Assembly (NCBI GenBank): GCA_027487375.1
Contig: JAIYDQ010000048.1
Span: 1 to 55,008 of the forward strand
Length of the DNA stretch: 55,008 bases
Direction of reading: 5' to 3'
Origin: Planctomycetaceae bacterium
Lineage (GTDB): Bacteria; Planctomycetota; Planctomycetia; Pirellulales; Pirellulaceae
Positions 17,199 through 26,985 of this stretch are shown in pieces (within the stretch, counting starts at the first letter, position 1; every line of letters starts with the position of its first letter). The translations under genes and the position numbers were made by a program. A model generated the notes under the pieces. That model ran no database searches, had not been told where the DNA came from, and saw nothing but the letters and a program-made list of their open reading frames with translations.

Positions 17199-18686
17199 TT
17201 AGCCGGGAACTAAGTTGAGAAGTTGTTTGCAGGTGATTCGCGAGGATTCATAGATGACCGGAAGACCGCTTCCTGGATGGGTTCCACCACCGACAAGGTA
17301 AACGCGGTCAAGTTCTTCAAACCGATTGTGGGGGCGCAGGTGGAGCATCTGTCCAAGGTTATGGGCGAGATTGAACGTCGCTCCTTTATGTACAAAGTAA
17401 TCATCGCGCCAATTGGCAGGCGTGACAACTTTTTCGTATCGAATGCGCGATCGAATATCAGTGAGACCGACTTCCTCTAGCCTTTGAAGAGTAACCTCTC
17501 GATAGAGTGCTGTTTGCTTCGCATCCCATGGAGTGTTCGATGACAAATGGGGAACAGGTACAAGCACATAAATTGTGCTTTTACCTGGCGGCGCCATCGA
17601 AGGATCTACGATGCAGGGATTGTGTATGTAAATGGAAGGCTCCATAGGAAGCACTTTTTCGTCTTCGATTTGCCTTAGGTTGCCTTCGTAGTCTTTCGCA
17701 ATATGAATCGTGTGATGCGGCAAGTCTTCATAACGACCATCGATGCCAAGGTACATCATAAAAGTGCTACATGAAAACTTTTTCTGAGCGATCTTCTCGT
17801 TCGACCATCGCTTGCGAAAATGATTAGGAACCAGATGCTGCATTGCATGAGCAAAGTCTGCGTTGACGACGGTCGCGTCTGCCTCGTAGCGACCTTGGTC
17901 GGTCTTCACTGCAACAACTCGTTTGCCTTTAAATTCAAGTTCGGTAACGGGTTCGCTAAGTCGAAACTTCACTCCCATCTCTTTCGCAATCTCCGCCATC
18001 CGCTCGTTGACTCGGCAGCATCCTCCGTATGGATGAAAAACGCCGTACTCGTATTCCAAGAACGAAAGTATCGAAAAGAGGCTTGGGCACTTGAAGGGCG
18101 ACATGCCTAAGTATTTCGATTGAAACGAAAATGCAAGTACGAGCCGAGGGTCTTTGAAAAACGATTCCAACTCTTGCCCGAGCGACTTCCAGGGTTTGAC
18201 ATGGGAGGCCGCGCTGATCAATGAAGGTCGCAAGAGATCCTTCATGCTATTGAAGGGAGACTCTAAAATAGGCCGAAACTTGGCAAGCTTGACTCGATTG
18301 ACGTCCATGTATCGCTTGAGAGCCCCAGCATCTTGCGGCGAGAGAGCGACGACTTGCTTTTCCATTCGCTCCAAGTCCGGAGTGCAGTCCAGTTGCCCAC
18401 CGTTGCCGAAACTTATTCGGTACTGAGGGTCCAGCCGATGCATGGGAACCTCTTTGAAGAGATCCCGTCCGACAGACTGGAAAATCTCTTGGAGGACTCG
18501 CGGATAGAGGAAAAATGTCGGACCGGTATCGAAGCGAAAACCGTCTGATTCGATTGCCGAGGAGCGTCCGCCGACACGATCCAGCGACTCAATAACCGTA
18601 ACATCGACCCCTGAACCGGCAAGTTGAAGGGCGGTCGTCAATCCGCCAGGCCCGGCTCCAATAACGATGACTTTGCGAGTCGACAT
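17199..18686 (-). CDS. Phytoene-desaturase (CrtI) family FAD-dependent oxidoreductase
   Basis: 495 aa. The N-terminal dinucleotide fold is KVIVIGAGPGGLTTALQLAGSGVDVTVIESLDRVGGR. FDTGPTFF and the C-terminal VYLVGGGTHPGSGLPV are also present. Confidence 0.8.
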   Translation of the reverse strand: MSTRKVIVIGAGPGGLTTALQLAGSGVDVTVIESLDRVGGRSSAIESDGFRFDTGPTFFLYPRVLQEIFQSVGRDLFKEVPMHRLDPQYRISFGNGGQLDCTPDLERMEKQVVALSPQDAGALKRYMDVNRVKLAKFRPILESPFNSMKDLLRPSLISAASHVKPWKSLGQELESFFKDPRLVLAFSFQSKYLGMSPFKCPSLFSILSFLEYEYGVFHPYGGCCRVNERMAEIAKEMGVKFRLSEPVTELEFKGKRVVAVKTDQGRYEADATVVNADFAHAMQHLVPNHFRKRWSNEKIAQKKFSCSTFMMYLGIDGRYEDLPHHTIHIAKDYEGNLRQIEDEKVLPMEPSIYIHNPCIVDPSMAPPGKSTIYVLVPVPHLSSNTPWDAKQTALYREVTLQRLEEVGLTDIRSRIRYEKVVTPANWRDDYFVHKGATFNLAHNLGQMLHLRPHNRFEELDRVYLVGGGTHPGSGLPVIYESSRITCKQLLNLVPG

Positions 18687-18914
18687 GTAAAAAATAAGGA
18701 ATAGCTGAGGGATGTTTTGCCAACCGACTGCAAGATCTGCAGCCCCAATGCCGTGTTATAGTAGCCGGTCAAGGCATTTTGGGCTAACGGACTTGGTGGA
18801 TTCCGAATAGCCTATTCCATAAGGTTTTAGGTTTTCCTCGAACCGTGAGTGCTCCCAGTTGATCAACCACTCGATTTTTCGTTTCCGGGTCCATTTGTCT
18901 AGCAGCCGCTTCTC

Positions 18915-20558
18915 ATGCCTATTCCACGTGTTGCCATCGTCGGCCGACCCAATGTCGGTAAAAGCAGTATCTTCAATTGGCTAGACGGCCGGCGACTCGC
19001 CATCGTCGACGACATGGCTGGAGTGACGCGAGACCGGCTCATGACTCTGATGGAGTACCGGAACACTCACTTTGAACTCATCGATACGGGCGGAATGGGA
19101 ATCCAGGACGCCGATAACTTGACTAAAGAAGTCGAACAGCAAATCGAGGCTGGCATTGAAGAAGCGGATGTCTTGCTTTTCGTGGTCGACAATCGTTCCG
19201 GAATAACTGGGCTCGACGAATCGGTTGCTCAGCGGCTTCGTAAGATTGACAAACCGATCATTCTTGTCGTCAACAAGTGCGACCATCCGACACAAGATTT
19301 AAATGCTGAAGAGTTCAGCAAGCTGGGACGAGGCTTTTTGCTTCGTGTTAGCACACTTCAAAATCGTGGCCGTGATGAACTGCTGGAACTGATTCATGAG
19401 CGTCTCCCAATCATGGACACGACTCGCGAAGAAGTGGCTATGCCGGTTATGAAGTTAGCGATCGTTGGACGTCGAAACGTCGGCAAGAGCACCTTCGTCA
19501 ACACACTAGCCCAGGCGCAGCGGGTAATCGTAAGCGAAGTTCCAGGAACGACTCGAGATGCGGTCGACGTCCACTTCGAATTGGACGGACAAAAGTTCAA
19601 TGCAATCGACACTCCTGGCTTACGTCGCAACAAATCCGTGAAGACCGATATCGATTGGTACGGGCTTCATCGCGCTCAACGAAGTGTCCGCCGCGCGGAT
19701 GTCGTCCTGCTCTTCTTTGACTGCACCGAACGAATGAGCAAGGTCGATAAGCAGCTCGCACAATACATCGCCGAGCAATACAAGCCGTGTATCTTCGTCG
19801 TTAATAAGTGGGATAAATTGGTTGGCCAACTACCAACCGAGAGATGGGTAACTTATCTGAGGGAAAACTTTCCCACGATGGCATACTGCCCAATTGCGTT
19901 TATCACAGGCGAAACAGGGAAGAACGTCAAAACACTTCTCAATCACGCTCAAATGCTTTTCAAACAAGCCAATGAGAAAGTTGGGACTCCTGCGTTAAAC
20001 AAAATGATCAAGGCGGCAGTTGAAATGCAAGAGCCCGCAATGGTACAGCAAAAGCGTCCCAAGATTTACTACGCGACCCAAATCGCGACGGCTCCACCGA
20101 CACTTTTGGCAATTTGCAACTTCCCGTCCGGCTTCACCGGCCCCTACCAGCGCTATCTATTAGGCTTTCTTCGCGATCACTTGCCGTTCGGTGAAGTACC
20201 AATCAAGTTCTACCTGCAGGCACGAAAGCGTGATGATGATCGAGACGACATCAAAGCTGGTGAACGTAAGGCTGCAGCGGATGCCAAGGCAAATGCACAC
20301 AACCGCGCAATGAACGAAAGCGAGCTAGAGGAAGTCGCCTTCGACGATGATGATGAATTCGTTGATAACGAATATGAAGAAGATGAATTCGAAGAAGATG
20401 AATCAGAAGATAGCGAACTAGAAGATGGCGATTTTGCCGAAGATGATCTCATCGAAGTCGAGTTTGATGACTCGGAAGCTGTCGACGCAGAAGATATTGA
20501 AGTAGAAGAGATCAACCCAGTCGCGTCCGACAAGCCAAAAAGCAACGAAAACGCTTAG
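18915..20558 (+). CDS. der: Ribosome-biogenesis GTPase Der (EngA) with a long acidic C-terminal extension
   Basis: Two G domains are present (GRPNVGKSS...DTGG...NKCD and GRRNVGKST...DTPG...NKWD). They are followed by a tail of about 110 aa rich in D/E. Confidence 0.95.
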   Translation: MPIPRVAIVGRPNVGKSSIFNWLDGRRLAIVDDMAGVTRDRLMTLMEYRNTHFELIDTGGMGIQDADNLTKEVEQQIEAGIEEADVLLFVVDNRSGITGLDESVAQRLRKIDKPIILVVNKCDHPTQDLNAEEFSKLGRGFLLRVSTLQNRGRDELLELIHERLPIMDTTREEVAMPVMKLAIVGRRNVGKSTFVNTLAQAQRVIVSEVPGTTRDAVDVHFELDGQKFNAIDTPGLRRNKSVKTDIDWYGLHRAQRSVRRADVVLLFFDCTERMSKVDKQLAQYIAEQYKPCIFVVNKWDKLVGQLPTERWVTYLRENFPTMAYCPIAFITGETGKNVKTLLNHAQMLFKQANEKVGTPALNKMIKAAVEMQEPAMVQQKRPKIYYATQIATAPPTLLAICNFPSGFTGPYQRYLLGFLRDHLPFGEVPIKFYLQARKRDDDRDDIKAGERKAAADAKANAHNRAMNESELEEVAFDDDDEFVDNEYEEDEFEEDESEDSELEDGDFAEDDLIEVEFDDSEAVDAEDIEVEEINPVASDKPKSNENA

Positions 20559-20572
20559 GGTTAAGCTCGTAG

Positions 20573-20646
20573 CAGATGTCGTAAGACATCTGAACGCTTT
20601 AGTGTTTACAAGGTGGTTCTATCGACGTCCGCATTCTTGCGAATCC
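20573..20646. repeat. Composite GTAA-loop element (family C), copy immediately 3' of der
   Basis: CAGATGTC-GTAA-GACATCTG (20573-20592) plus GCATTCTTGCGAATCC (20631-20646). The reverse complement of 38600-38674 aligns to it over both modules. Confidence 0.7.
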
Positions 20647-20677
20647 GGCCACCAAGAGACTAGGCAAGAAAATTCGC

Positions 20678-22165
20678 CTAGCTATACAGCTGGATGGCTT
20701 TCACGATTGCGTCGAGCTCGTTCGGAACCGCGATGGCGCGATTCGCAAACGAAGCACGCGAAACCCCGCGGCTGCCTAGAACTTCTTCAAACTTACTCTG
20801 GTCTGTCGTGTGATATGCGACCGTTGCAGTTGGGTCCTTGAGTTGATGGCCGGTCAAGATACAAGCAACGCGGTCGGTCTCGGAAATGATTCCTTCTTGG
20901 CGTAACTTGCGTGCTCCAGCAACACTCGCTGCACTTGCTGGCTCGCAGCCGATACCACCAGCCCCAATTTGTGCTTTGGCATCTAAGATCTCTTGATCGG
21001 TAACTTGACGAACAACACCATCACAAAGGTCGAGCGCTCGTAAACACTTTTTGAGGTTCACAGGCTTATTGATCTCGATGGCACTGGCGATGGTGTCCGC
21101 CTTTACATGTGCCTTGTCCAATTCGTCGTAGTAATAACAAGCCTTTTCCATCGCTGGGCGACCATCGTTCCAACGCAAGTCGCGCTGGTTGTAAAGAATG
21201 TCGAGCGTGTCTGCGCCAGAGGCGTTGATAACAGCCAATCGAGGAACACGATCAATCAGCCCAAGTTCTTTTAGCTCCATAAATGCTTTTCCGAACGCGC
21301 TGCTGTTTCCCAGATTGCCTCCCGGCACAACAACCCAGTCAGGCGACTCCCAATTGAGAGCTTCCAAAACGCGATACATGACCGTTTTCTGACCTTCTAA
21401 TCGGAACGGATTCACGCTGTTAACCAAGTAGATCCCCAATTCACGCGAGATCTCCTGAACGCGAGCCATTGCATCATCAAAGTCCCCTGCAATTTGGACA
21501 GTGAGTGCGCCGTATTCAAGGGCTTGTGAAAGCTTGCCGTAAGATATTTTTCCGGAGCCAATGAAGATAACAGCCTTCATCAACTGCGTGACAGCACAGT
21601 ACATTGCCAGTGATGCGCTGGTGTTACCAGTCGAAGCACAAGCGGCACGTTTTGCTCCGACCATGACTGCGTGCGTAAATGCAGCACACATCCCGTTGTC
21701 TTTAAAGGAGCCGGAAGGATTCATCCCTTCATATTGCAAGTAAAGCTTGCCTGGCTTTAGTCCAACATAGCGACCAACTGCATCGGCCTGCTGGAGTAAT
21801 GTTTGACCTTCACCTACGGTCACAACTTTTTCTTGCGGTGCGAACGCCAACAATTCGTGGAATCGCCAAACGCCAGAAAACCGAAGTGGTTCGTTACGGC
21901 GAGACCACATTTGCTGGAAATCAGAAAGTTTTTTGGGCAGCCCTACACGGTCCCACTCGTACGTAACATCGAGTAAGTCGCCACATTTCGGGCATCGCGT
22001 CAGCGTTTCCCCAACGTCATAAGTCGCTAAACAATCCAGATTCATGCACCGCTGAAACGCAGCACTTTCTCGCGAGCCGCTTGTCCGAGTGGTAGTGGCT
22101 GAACCCCACGGACTTTGGCCGGCAGATGGATATTTGAAGGTGTTTTGCGTGGTCTTGGTTTCCAT
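20678..22165 (-). CDS. thrC: Threonine synthase (long form with N-terminal zinc-ribbon)
   Basis: PLP-lysine block GSFKDNGM is present. The N-terminal CxxxxC...CPKC ribbon reads [26 protein letters not shown] at 22165, with an alternative in-frame TTG at 22174. Confidence 0.9.
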   Translation of the reverse strand: METKTTQNTFKYPSAGQSPWGSATTTRTSGSRESAAFQRCMNLDCLATYDVGETLTRCPKCGDLLDVTYEWDRVGLPKKLSDFQQMWSRRNEPLRFSGVWRFHELLAFAPQEKVVTVGEGQTLLQQADAVGRYVGLKPGKLYLQYEGMNPSGSFKDNGMCAAFTHAVMVGAKRAACASTGNTSASLAMYCAVTQLMKAVIFIGSGKISYGKLSQALEYGALTVQIAGDFDDAMARVQEISRELGIYLVNSVNPFRLEGQKTVMYRVLEALNWESPDWVVVPGGNLGNSSAFGKAFMELKELGLIDRVPRLAVINASGADTLDILYNQRDLRWNDGRPAMEKACYYYDELDKAHVKADTIASAIEINKPVNLKKCLRALDLCDGVVRQVTDQEILDAKAQIGAGGIGCEPASAASVAGARKLRQEGIISETDRVACILTGHQLKDPTATVAYHTTDQSKFEEVLGSRGVSRASFANRAIAVPNELDAIVKAIQLYS

Positions 22166-22516
22166 GATTCCCAAAAAGACGGGGGATTTTGTATTTTTCT
22201 CGGCTGCGAAATCGCAAATTCAACGTACCAAAATCGTCCATTGACGGACCGATAAAGCCCTGAAATCAGCACAATCGTCACAGATTTTAACCGAACTCCT
22301 CCTAGTTTAGCAGCACAAATCAATCCGAGTTGGCACCAAATCTCGTTTCTTCAAACGATTTATCGGGCGTGGACGGGTTGAAGTGGCCTGAATAAGATTA
22401 ATTAGTCGGTGCCACGCACTGCAGCGAAATATTCGTCGCATCGTGCATGTCGCCATCAAGAATTTTCACAACCTTCCGTAACTCAAGATTACGGTCCCCC
22501 GCCTGGAGTCTATTTG

Positions 22517-23365
22517 ATGCCTCTTCTTGTTTCAGTACGTCGCGCGCTGTCAGCCCACCTTTCCGTCGGCCTGTTTGCAACCGGAATGTTTTTTAATGCC
22601 GTTGCTTCACAACCCTCAGCAATCGGAGCTGAATGGGCAGACCTCCAAATGACGTTTGTGTTTGACGAAACCGAGCTACCAAAGGTTGAACCGGTCGCGA
22701 TGGACAAGGACCCCGCTTGCGTGGCTCTCTGGAAGGGTGCCAAGCCTATGGCAGAGGACCTAATCGTCGATCCTACAACCAAGGGAATTAAGAACATTGT
22801 CGTTTATCCGGACCCAAAGAAATCCGGAATCGAAGCGACCGACGCACACCCAGACTTGCTAGCAGCCCCCGAAAAGTCCGTCGTGCTCGATAACGTGAAG
22901 TGCGTGTTTGAACCTCACATCTTTAGTGTCCGACCAGGGCAAACTGTGAATGTCAAAAACTCCGACACGATGGGACATAACGCCCTCTTCAACGTCTTCG
23001 CTAATGCAGGCGTCAATCCTCTGATCCCAGCCGGCGGCTCAAAGGACGTCACCTTCGCAAAAGCTGAACGAGCTCCTATCCCTGTGCAGTGCAACATCCA
23101 CCCCTGGATGATCGCTTACATGCTCATCTTCGATCAACCCTATGCAGGGATCAGCGATGCCAATGGCGTTCTCAAGATCGAGAAACTACCTGCTGGAAAG
23201 CCAATCACCTTCAAGGTGTGGCATGAGAAAATGGATAAATCCATCGACAGCGTTACGCTCGACGGCAAACCTGTCGAATGGAAGAAGGGCCTCGTCGAAT
23301 TTACACTCAAGCCGGGCATGAATAACCTTGGCGTTGTGAAGATTAAGAAGACCGAGTTTAAATAA
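22517..23365 (+). CDS. Secreted cupredoxin-like (type-1 copper motif) protein with a C-terminal Ig/CarboxypepD_reg-like domain
   Basis: ATG at 22517 gives the signal peptide MPLLVSVRRALSAHLSVGLFATGMFFNAVASQ; the tracked GTG start is at 22409. Candidate copper ligands are MGHNALF and CNIHPWM (C-x2-H-x2-M spacing, as in amicyanin). Confidence 0.6.
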   Translation: MPLLVSVRRALSAHLSVGLFATGMFFNAVASQPSAIGAEWADLQMTFVFDETELPKVEPVAMDKDPACVALWKGAKPMAEDLIVDPTTKGIKNIVVYPDPKKSGIEATDAHPDLLAAPEKSVVLDNVKCVFEPHIFSVRPGQTVNVKNSDTMGHNALFNVFANAGVNPLIPAGGSKDVTFAKAERAPIPVQCNIHPWMIAYMLIFDQPYAGISDANGVLKIEKLPAGKPITFKVWHEKMDKSIDSVTLDGKPVEWKKGLVEFTLKPGMNNLGVVKIKKTEFK

Positions 23366-23457
23366 CGAGGAACTCCATCATCAACGATCCTGAATCGTCC
23401 GCTTCGACCTCACGTCCAGATATTTCGGTAAGCGATTTCCAGCAACTAATTCGAAAG

Positions 23458-23724
23458 ATGTATTTCGAAAAGGACGCTGCTCGTGGAGTCGAAGCGACAT
23501 TCCTTTGGTTGATGGAAGAGATTGGCGAGCTGGCAACAGCCCTCCGCATGAAGAATGACATGGCAAATCTCCATGAAGAGTTTGCCGACGTCATCGCTTG
23601 GATAACCACCATCGCAAATGTCGCAGGAGTCGATCTAGCAAAGGCTCTCAGCGACAAATACGGCACCGGCTGTCCCGGTTGCCATCGCTTTGAATGCGAT
23701 TGCCCGATGAGTGAAAAGCCCTAG
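23458..23724 (+). CDS. MazG-like nucleotide pyrophosphohydrolase-domain protein (N-terminal boundary uncertain)
   Basis: LMEEIGELATAL and EEFADVIAWI are the EExxE / ExxAD helices of the all-alpha NTP-PPase fold. The frame is open upstream to 23362 and encodes ISVSDFQQLIRK, which looks like part of helix 1. Confidence 0.7.
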   Translation: MYFEKDAARGVEATFLWLMEEIGELATALRMKNDMANLHEEFADVIAWITTIANVAGVDLAKALSDKYGTGCPGCHRFECDCPMSEKP

Positions 23725-24061
23725 GGGCATGTTTTCAAGGACGTAAGTCTCTTTGGATTGCGGCGACTAGTCGCGTCGTCGTATCCTATTCTGGAACCCG
23801 GTTCTACCGCCGTAGTGCGACCTGCGGGATCGGTTAAACTTTCTTAGATGGTATCGCGTTTTGGCGTTGCGGCGGAAGGCTCTTTTGCCCAAAGTTTGCA
23901 AAACCAGGGTAACCAAGCTTCGTAATACAACGACCAAGAGCGGATGGACATTCATCTACGGAATGCTGCGCAACACATCCGAAACTACATTACATTCAAC
24001 AGTCAAAGAGATAGTTGAAGAATACAATTGCAATCCGTTTTTTCGTTCCACTTAAACATCC

Positions 24062-25861
24062 ATGACTTCTTTACCGAAATCCGCTAGCCCAACCCCTTAT
24101 TCTAAGAAAACTACTTCAATGGTCGGAGACGTTACCGATAGCAATCGAGACCCATCCTCCTTGCGATCAGCCCGTTGGTTTGCGCCAGATGACTTAAGAA
24201 GCTTCGGTCATCGATCGCGTTTGAAAGGAATGGGATTCGATGATGCGGACTATCGCGATCGGCCTGTAATCGGATTGCTGAATACATGGAGCGATCTAAA
24301 CACATGTCATTCGCACTTTCCACAACGAGTCGAAGAGGTTAAGCGAGGTATCTTACAAGCGGGAGGGTTCCCCGTCGAAGTACCAGTAATGAGTCTCGGC
24401 GAAATGCTGATGAAGCCAACAACGATGCTCTACCGTAATCTCCTGGCGATGGAGACAGAAGAAGTTTTGCGATGCCATCCAATCGACGCGGCAGTCCTGA
24501 TGGGCGGTTGTGACAAAACCGTCCCGGCCTTGATTATGGGAGCGATCTCTGCAGACATCCCCTCGATTTTCCTTCCGGCCGGGCCAATGCTCAAAGGAAG
24601 ATGGAAGGATCAAACCCTAGGAAGTGGATCGGACGCGTGGAAGTATTGGGCGGAAAAGTGCGCGGGGAACTTGTGCGATAGCGATTGGACGGGCATCGAA
24701 AATTGCATCGCTCGTTCGGCTGGAACTTGCATGACAATGGGAACCGCATCGACGATGGCCTGCATTGCCGAAGCGATGGGAATGACACTTCCCTTTGCAA
24801 GCAGTATACCGGCCGTTGTTGCCGAGCACAGCCGTTTGGCCGTTGCGACTGGACGACGAGCTGTAGAAATCGCGTGGGAGAAGCTTACGCCAAGCAAGAT
24901 TTTAAATGCCGAGTCTTTTCAAAATGCGATTATTACTCAACTCACAATCGGAGGCTCAACCAACGCTATTGTCCACATCATCGCGATGGCTGGACGCGCA
25001 GGAGTAAAAATCACGCTCGATGATTTCGATGCATGGTCACGAAAGATTCCGATGCTAGGTGACTTGCGACCTGCTGGAAGATTCTTGATGGAAGACTTCC
25101 ACCACGCAGGTGGACTCTCCGGGCTGTTGAATCGGCTTCGTGATCTCCTAGCCACCGAAACGATGACCGTCAGCGGAATCACTCTGGATAAGCAAATTGG
25201 CGACGCCGCAGTCATCGACGACAACATTATTCGGACACGATCAAACCCCGTGTCGGCTACAGGTGGCACGTGTGTTTTGCGAGGTAATCTCGCGCCCGAT
25301 GGTTGCGTGATAAAAACGGTTGCGGCAGACCCCAAGCTGCTTCAGCATCGCGGTCCTTCGATTGTTTTTGATGACTACCCTGCGATGAAAGCTCGCATCA
25401 ATGATCCTAATCTAGATGTCACCGCCGATTCGGTTCTCATATTACGAAGCGCCGGCCCGTTGGGCGCACCTGGTTTTCCGGAGTGGGGACAGCTACCAAT
25501 TCCAGAGAAGTTGTTGCGCGCCGGAGTTCGCGACATGGTTCGAATTTCGGATGCGCGGATGAGCGGCACTAGCTACGGAGCGTGTGTCCTTCACGTCTCG
25601 CCCGAATCGTACTTGGGTGGCCCGTTAGCTTTGGTAGAAGATGGCGATATGATTGAACTGGATATCGCCAATCGAAGACTCACGCTTTGCGTCTCGGAAG
25701 AAGAACTTGCAAAACGCAAGTCACTTTGGAAAGCCCCCGAGCCAGCATGGGAACGCGGCTATCAAAAGCTATTTGCCAAGCATATCACACAAGCTCACGA
25801 AGGTTGTGACTTCGACTTTCTTGTCGGAAGCAGCCCCAACCGCGAACCGAGTATCTTTTAG
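24062..25861 (+). CDS. IlvD/Edd-family dehydratase, sugar-acid (arabinonate/xylonate-like) clade
   Basis: 599 aa. Strings LRSARWFAPDDLRSFGHRSRLKGMGF, VIGLLNTWSDLNTCH, GGCDKTVPA and SDARMSGTSYG are present. Confidence 0.85.
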   Translation: MTSLPKSASPTPYSKKTTSMVGDVTDSNRDPSSLRSARWFAPDDLRSFGHRSRLKGMGFDDADYRDRPVIGLLNTWSDLNTCHSHFPQRVEEVKRGILQAGGFPVEVPVMSLGEMLMKPTTMLYRNLLAMETEEVLRCHPIDAAVLMGGCDKTVPALIMGAISADIPSIFLPAGPMLKGRWKDQTLGSGSDAWKYWAEKCAGNLCDSDWTGIENCIARSAGTCMTMGTASTMACIAEAMGMTLPFASSIPAVVAEHSRLAVATGRRAVEIAWEKLTPSKILNAESFQNAIITQLTIGGSTNAIVHIIAMAGRAGVKITLDDFDAWSRKIPMLGDLRPAGRFLMEDFHHAGGLSGLLNRLRDLLATETMTVSGITLDKQIGDAAVIDDNIIRTRSNPVSATGGTCVLRGNLAPDGCVIKTVAADPKLLQHRGPSIVFDDYPAMKARINDPNLDVTADSVLILRSAGPLGAPGFPEWGQLPIPEKLLRAGVRDMVRISDARMSGTSYGACVLHVSPESYLGGPLALVEDGDMIELDIANRRLTLCVSEEELAKRKSLWKAPEPAWERGYQKLFAKHITQAHEGCDFDFLVGSSPNREPSIF

Positions 25862-25980
25862 TCTTTCGCATGTTAGCTCGACTACAGCCGTTAGTGCTCC
25901 ATAACATATTTAGCTCTCGCGTTAGCAGCATTAGCGCGAATTCCAACGTTGATGTAAGAGATTCAACGTTGATCGTTCGT

Positions 25981-26217
25981 CTATCGAAAGGTCCCACGCG
26001 ATTTAATATCACCATCAATGAAGGTAGCAAACGGACCAAACAATAGGGAAGCAATCACCAAAGAAAGCCGCTCCGGTTTTTTGCTTTGAGCGAGACCTGC
26101 GTTAATTAAGGATACCATACCCCAACCAACAAAAACGGAGCTTGATCGTTCATGGATTCGACTCCGAAAAGGAAAATGCAACGAACCCCATAGTCCAACT
26201 AAGAGGAATGCGTTCAT
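25981..26217 (-). CDS. Hypothetical small membrane protein (weak call)
   Basis: 78 aa from ATG at 26217, with three hydrophobic stretches. It lies co-directionally about 135 nt downstream of the vWA gene. No recognisable motif and no SD. Confidence 0.2.
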   Translation of the reverse strand: MNAFLLVGLWGSLHFPFRSRIHERSSSVFVGWGMVSLINAGLAQSKKPERLSLVIASLLFGPFATFIDGDIKSRGTFR

Positions 26218-26352
26218 AACGACACAGACGCAACTATTGAGACTCTTTACCAACGGAAGTCACGCTAGCCTCGCAAGGTCAAGCGTGAGCATCAAACAAC
26301 TCGAGCCAAATCTATTGAGGTGATATCTCTCGGGCATCAAATGACAAGCCAG

Positions 26353-26985
26353 TTACTGCATTTCCTCACGCTCTTGGGCAGTAAATTGGTTGGCGACAGG
26401 CACGCAATCGAAACTTTGCTTTCGCATTCGAGACACTTTAGCACTCGTAGCACGATATGCTTCGGCCACTTTGTGCTTGGCGAAACTCGCTGCACTGGAG
26501 TCTGCCATTCCCATTTCTCTCGCTTCGGCAAACGCGTCCTGGTCGGCACCTAAGAAGGTAAAATGCCATCCGTACTTTTCTTGCTGGAGCTGGATCATTT
26601 TTTTAATGTCCGCTTTCGAAAACTCCTTGCTTGAGTTCTCTTCGCCATCGGTCATCACCACAAAGATCACCAGGCCAGGTCGATCCTGCTCGGCCATCGA
26701 AGCAAGCCGTTGCCCCGTTTCGTTCATTGCGCGTCCCACGGCATCGAGCAATGCCGTACTGCCTCTCGGAACCAGCTTGTAACCGAAAGCCTGCGAGACT
26801 GGGACACCTTTATGGAGAAACTCATACTCGGTATCGAACTGCACTAAAGTCAAAAGTGCTTCTCCCGGCTCTTTGGCTTGGCCTTCAATAAACGCATTGA
26901 CACCGCCCTCTGCATCATCGCGGATCGACTGCATCGAACCACTACGGTCCACAACCAACGTAATGTCTGTTAAATCAGTTCTCAT
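26353..26985 (-). CDS. Cytoplasmic von Willebrand factor type A (vWA) domain protein
   Basis: The MIDAS motif is VVDRSGSM, plus GSTALLDA and VMTDGEENSS. ATG at 26985 is preceded by AGAGGG; the tracked ORF extends to TTG at 27081. Confidence 0.8.
   Translation of the reverse strand: MRTDLTDITLVVDRSGSMQSIRDDAEGGVNAFIEGQAKEPGEALLTLVQFDTEYEFLHKGVPVSQAFGYKLVPRGSTALLDAVGRAMNETGQRLASMAEQDRPGLVIFVVMTDGEENSSKEFSKADIKKMIQLQQEKYGWHFTFLGADQDAFAEAREMGMADSSAASFAKHKVAEAYRATSAKVSRMRKQSFDCVPVANQFTAQEREEMQ

Noticed and set aside
20210-20545. 111-aa minus-strand Ser-rich ORF
   Set aside because: It is antisense to the GAA/GAT-rich acidic tail of der. A poly-Ser reading is the expected complement artefact.
23351-23365. 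TTTAAAT at the end of the cupredoxin gene as a -1 frameshift site fusing to the MazG-like frame
   Set aside because: The heptamer is not in the X_XXY_YYZ register relative to the zero frame. The -1 frame hits TAA at 23359-23361 immediately. A secreted cupredoxin fused to a cytoplasmic NTP-PPase is also biologically implausible.
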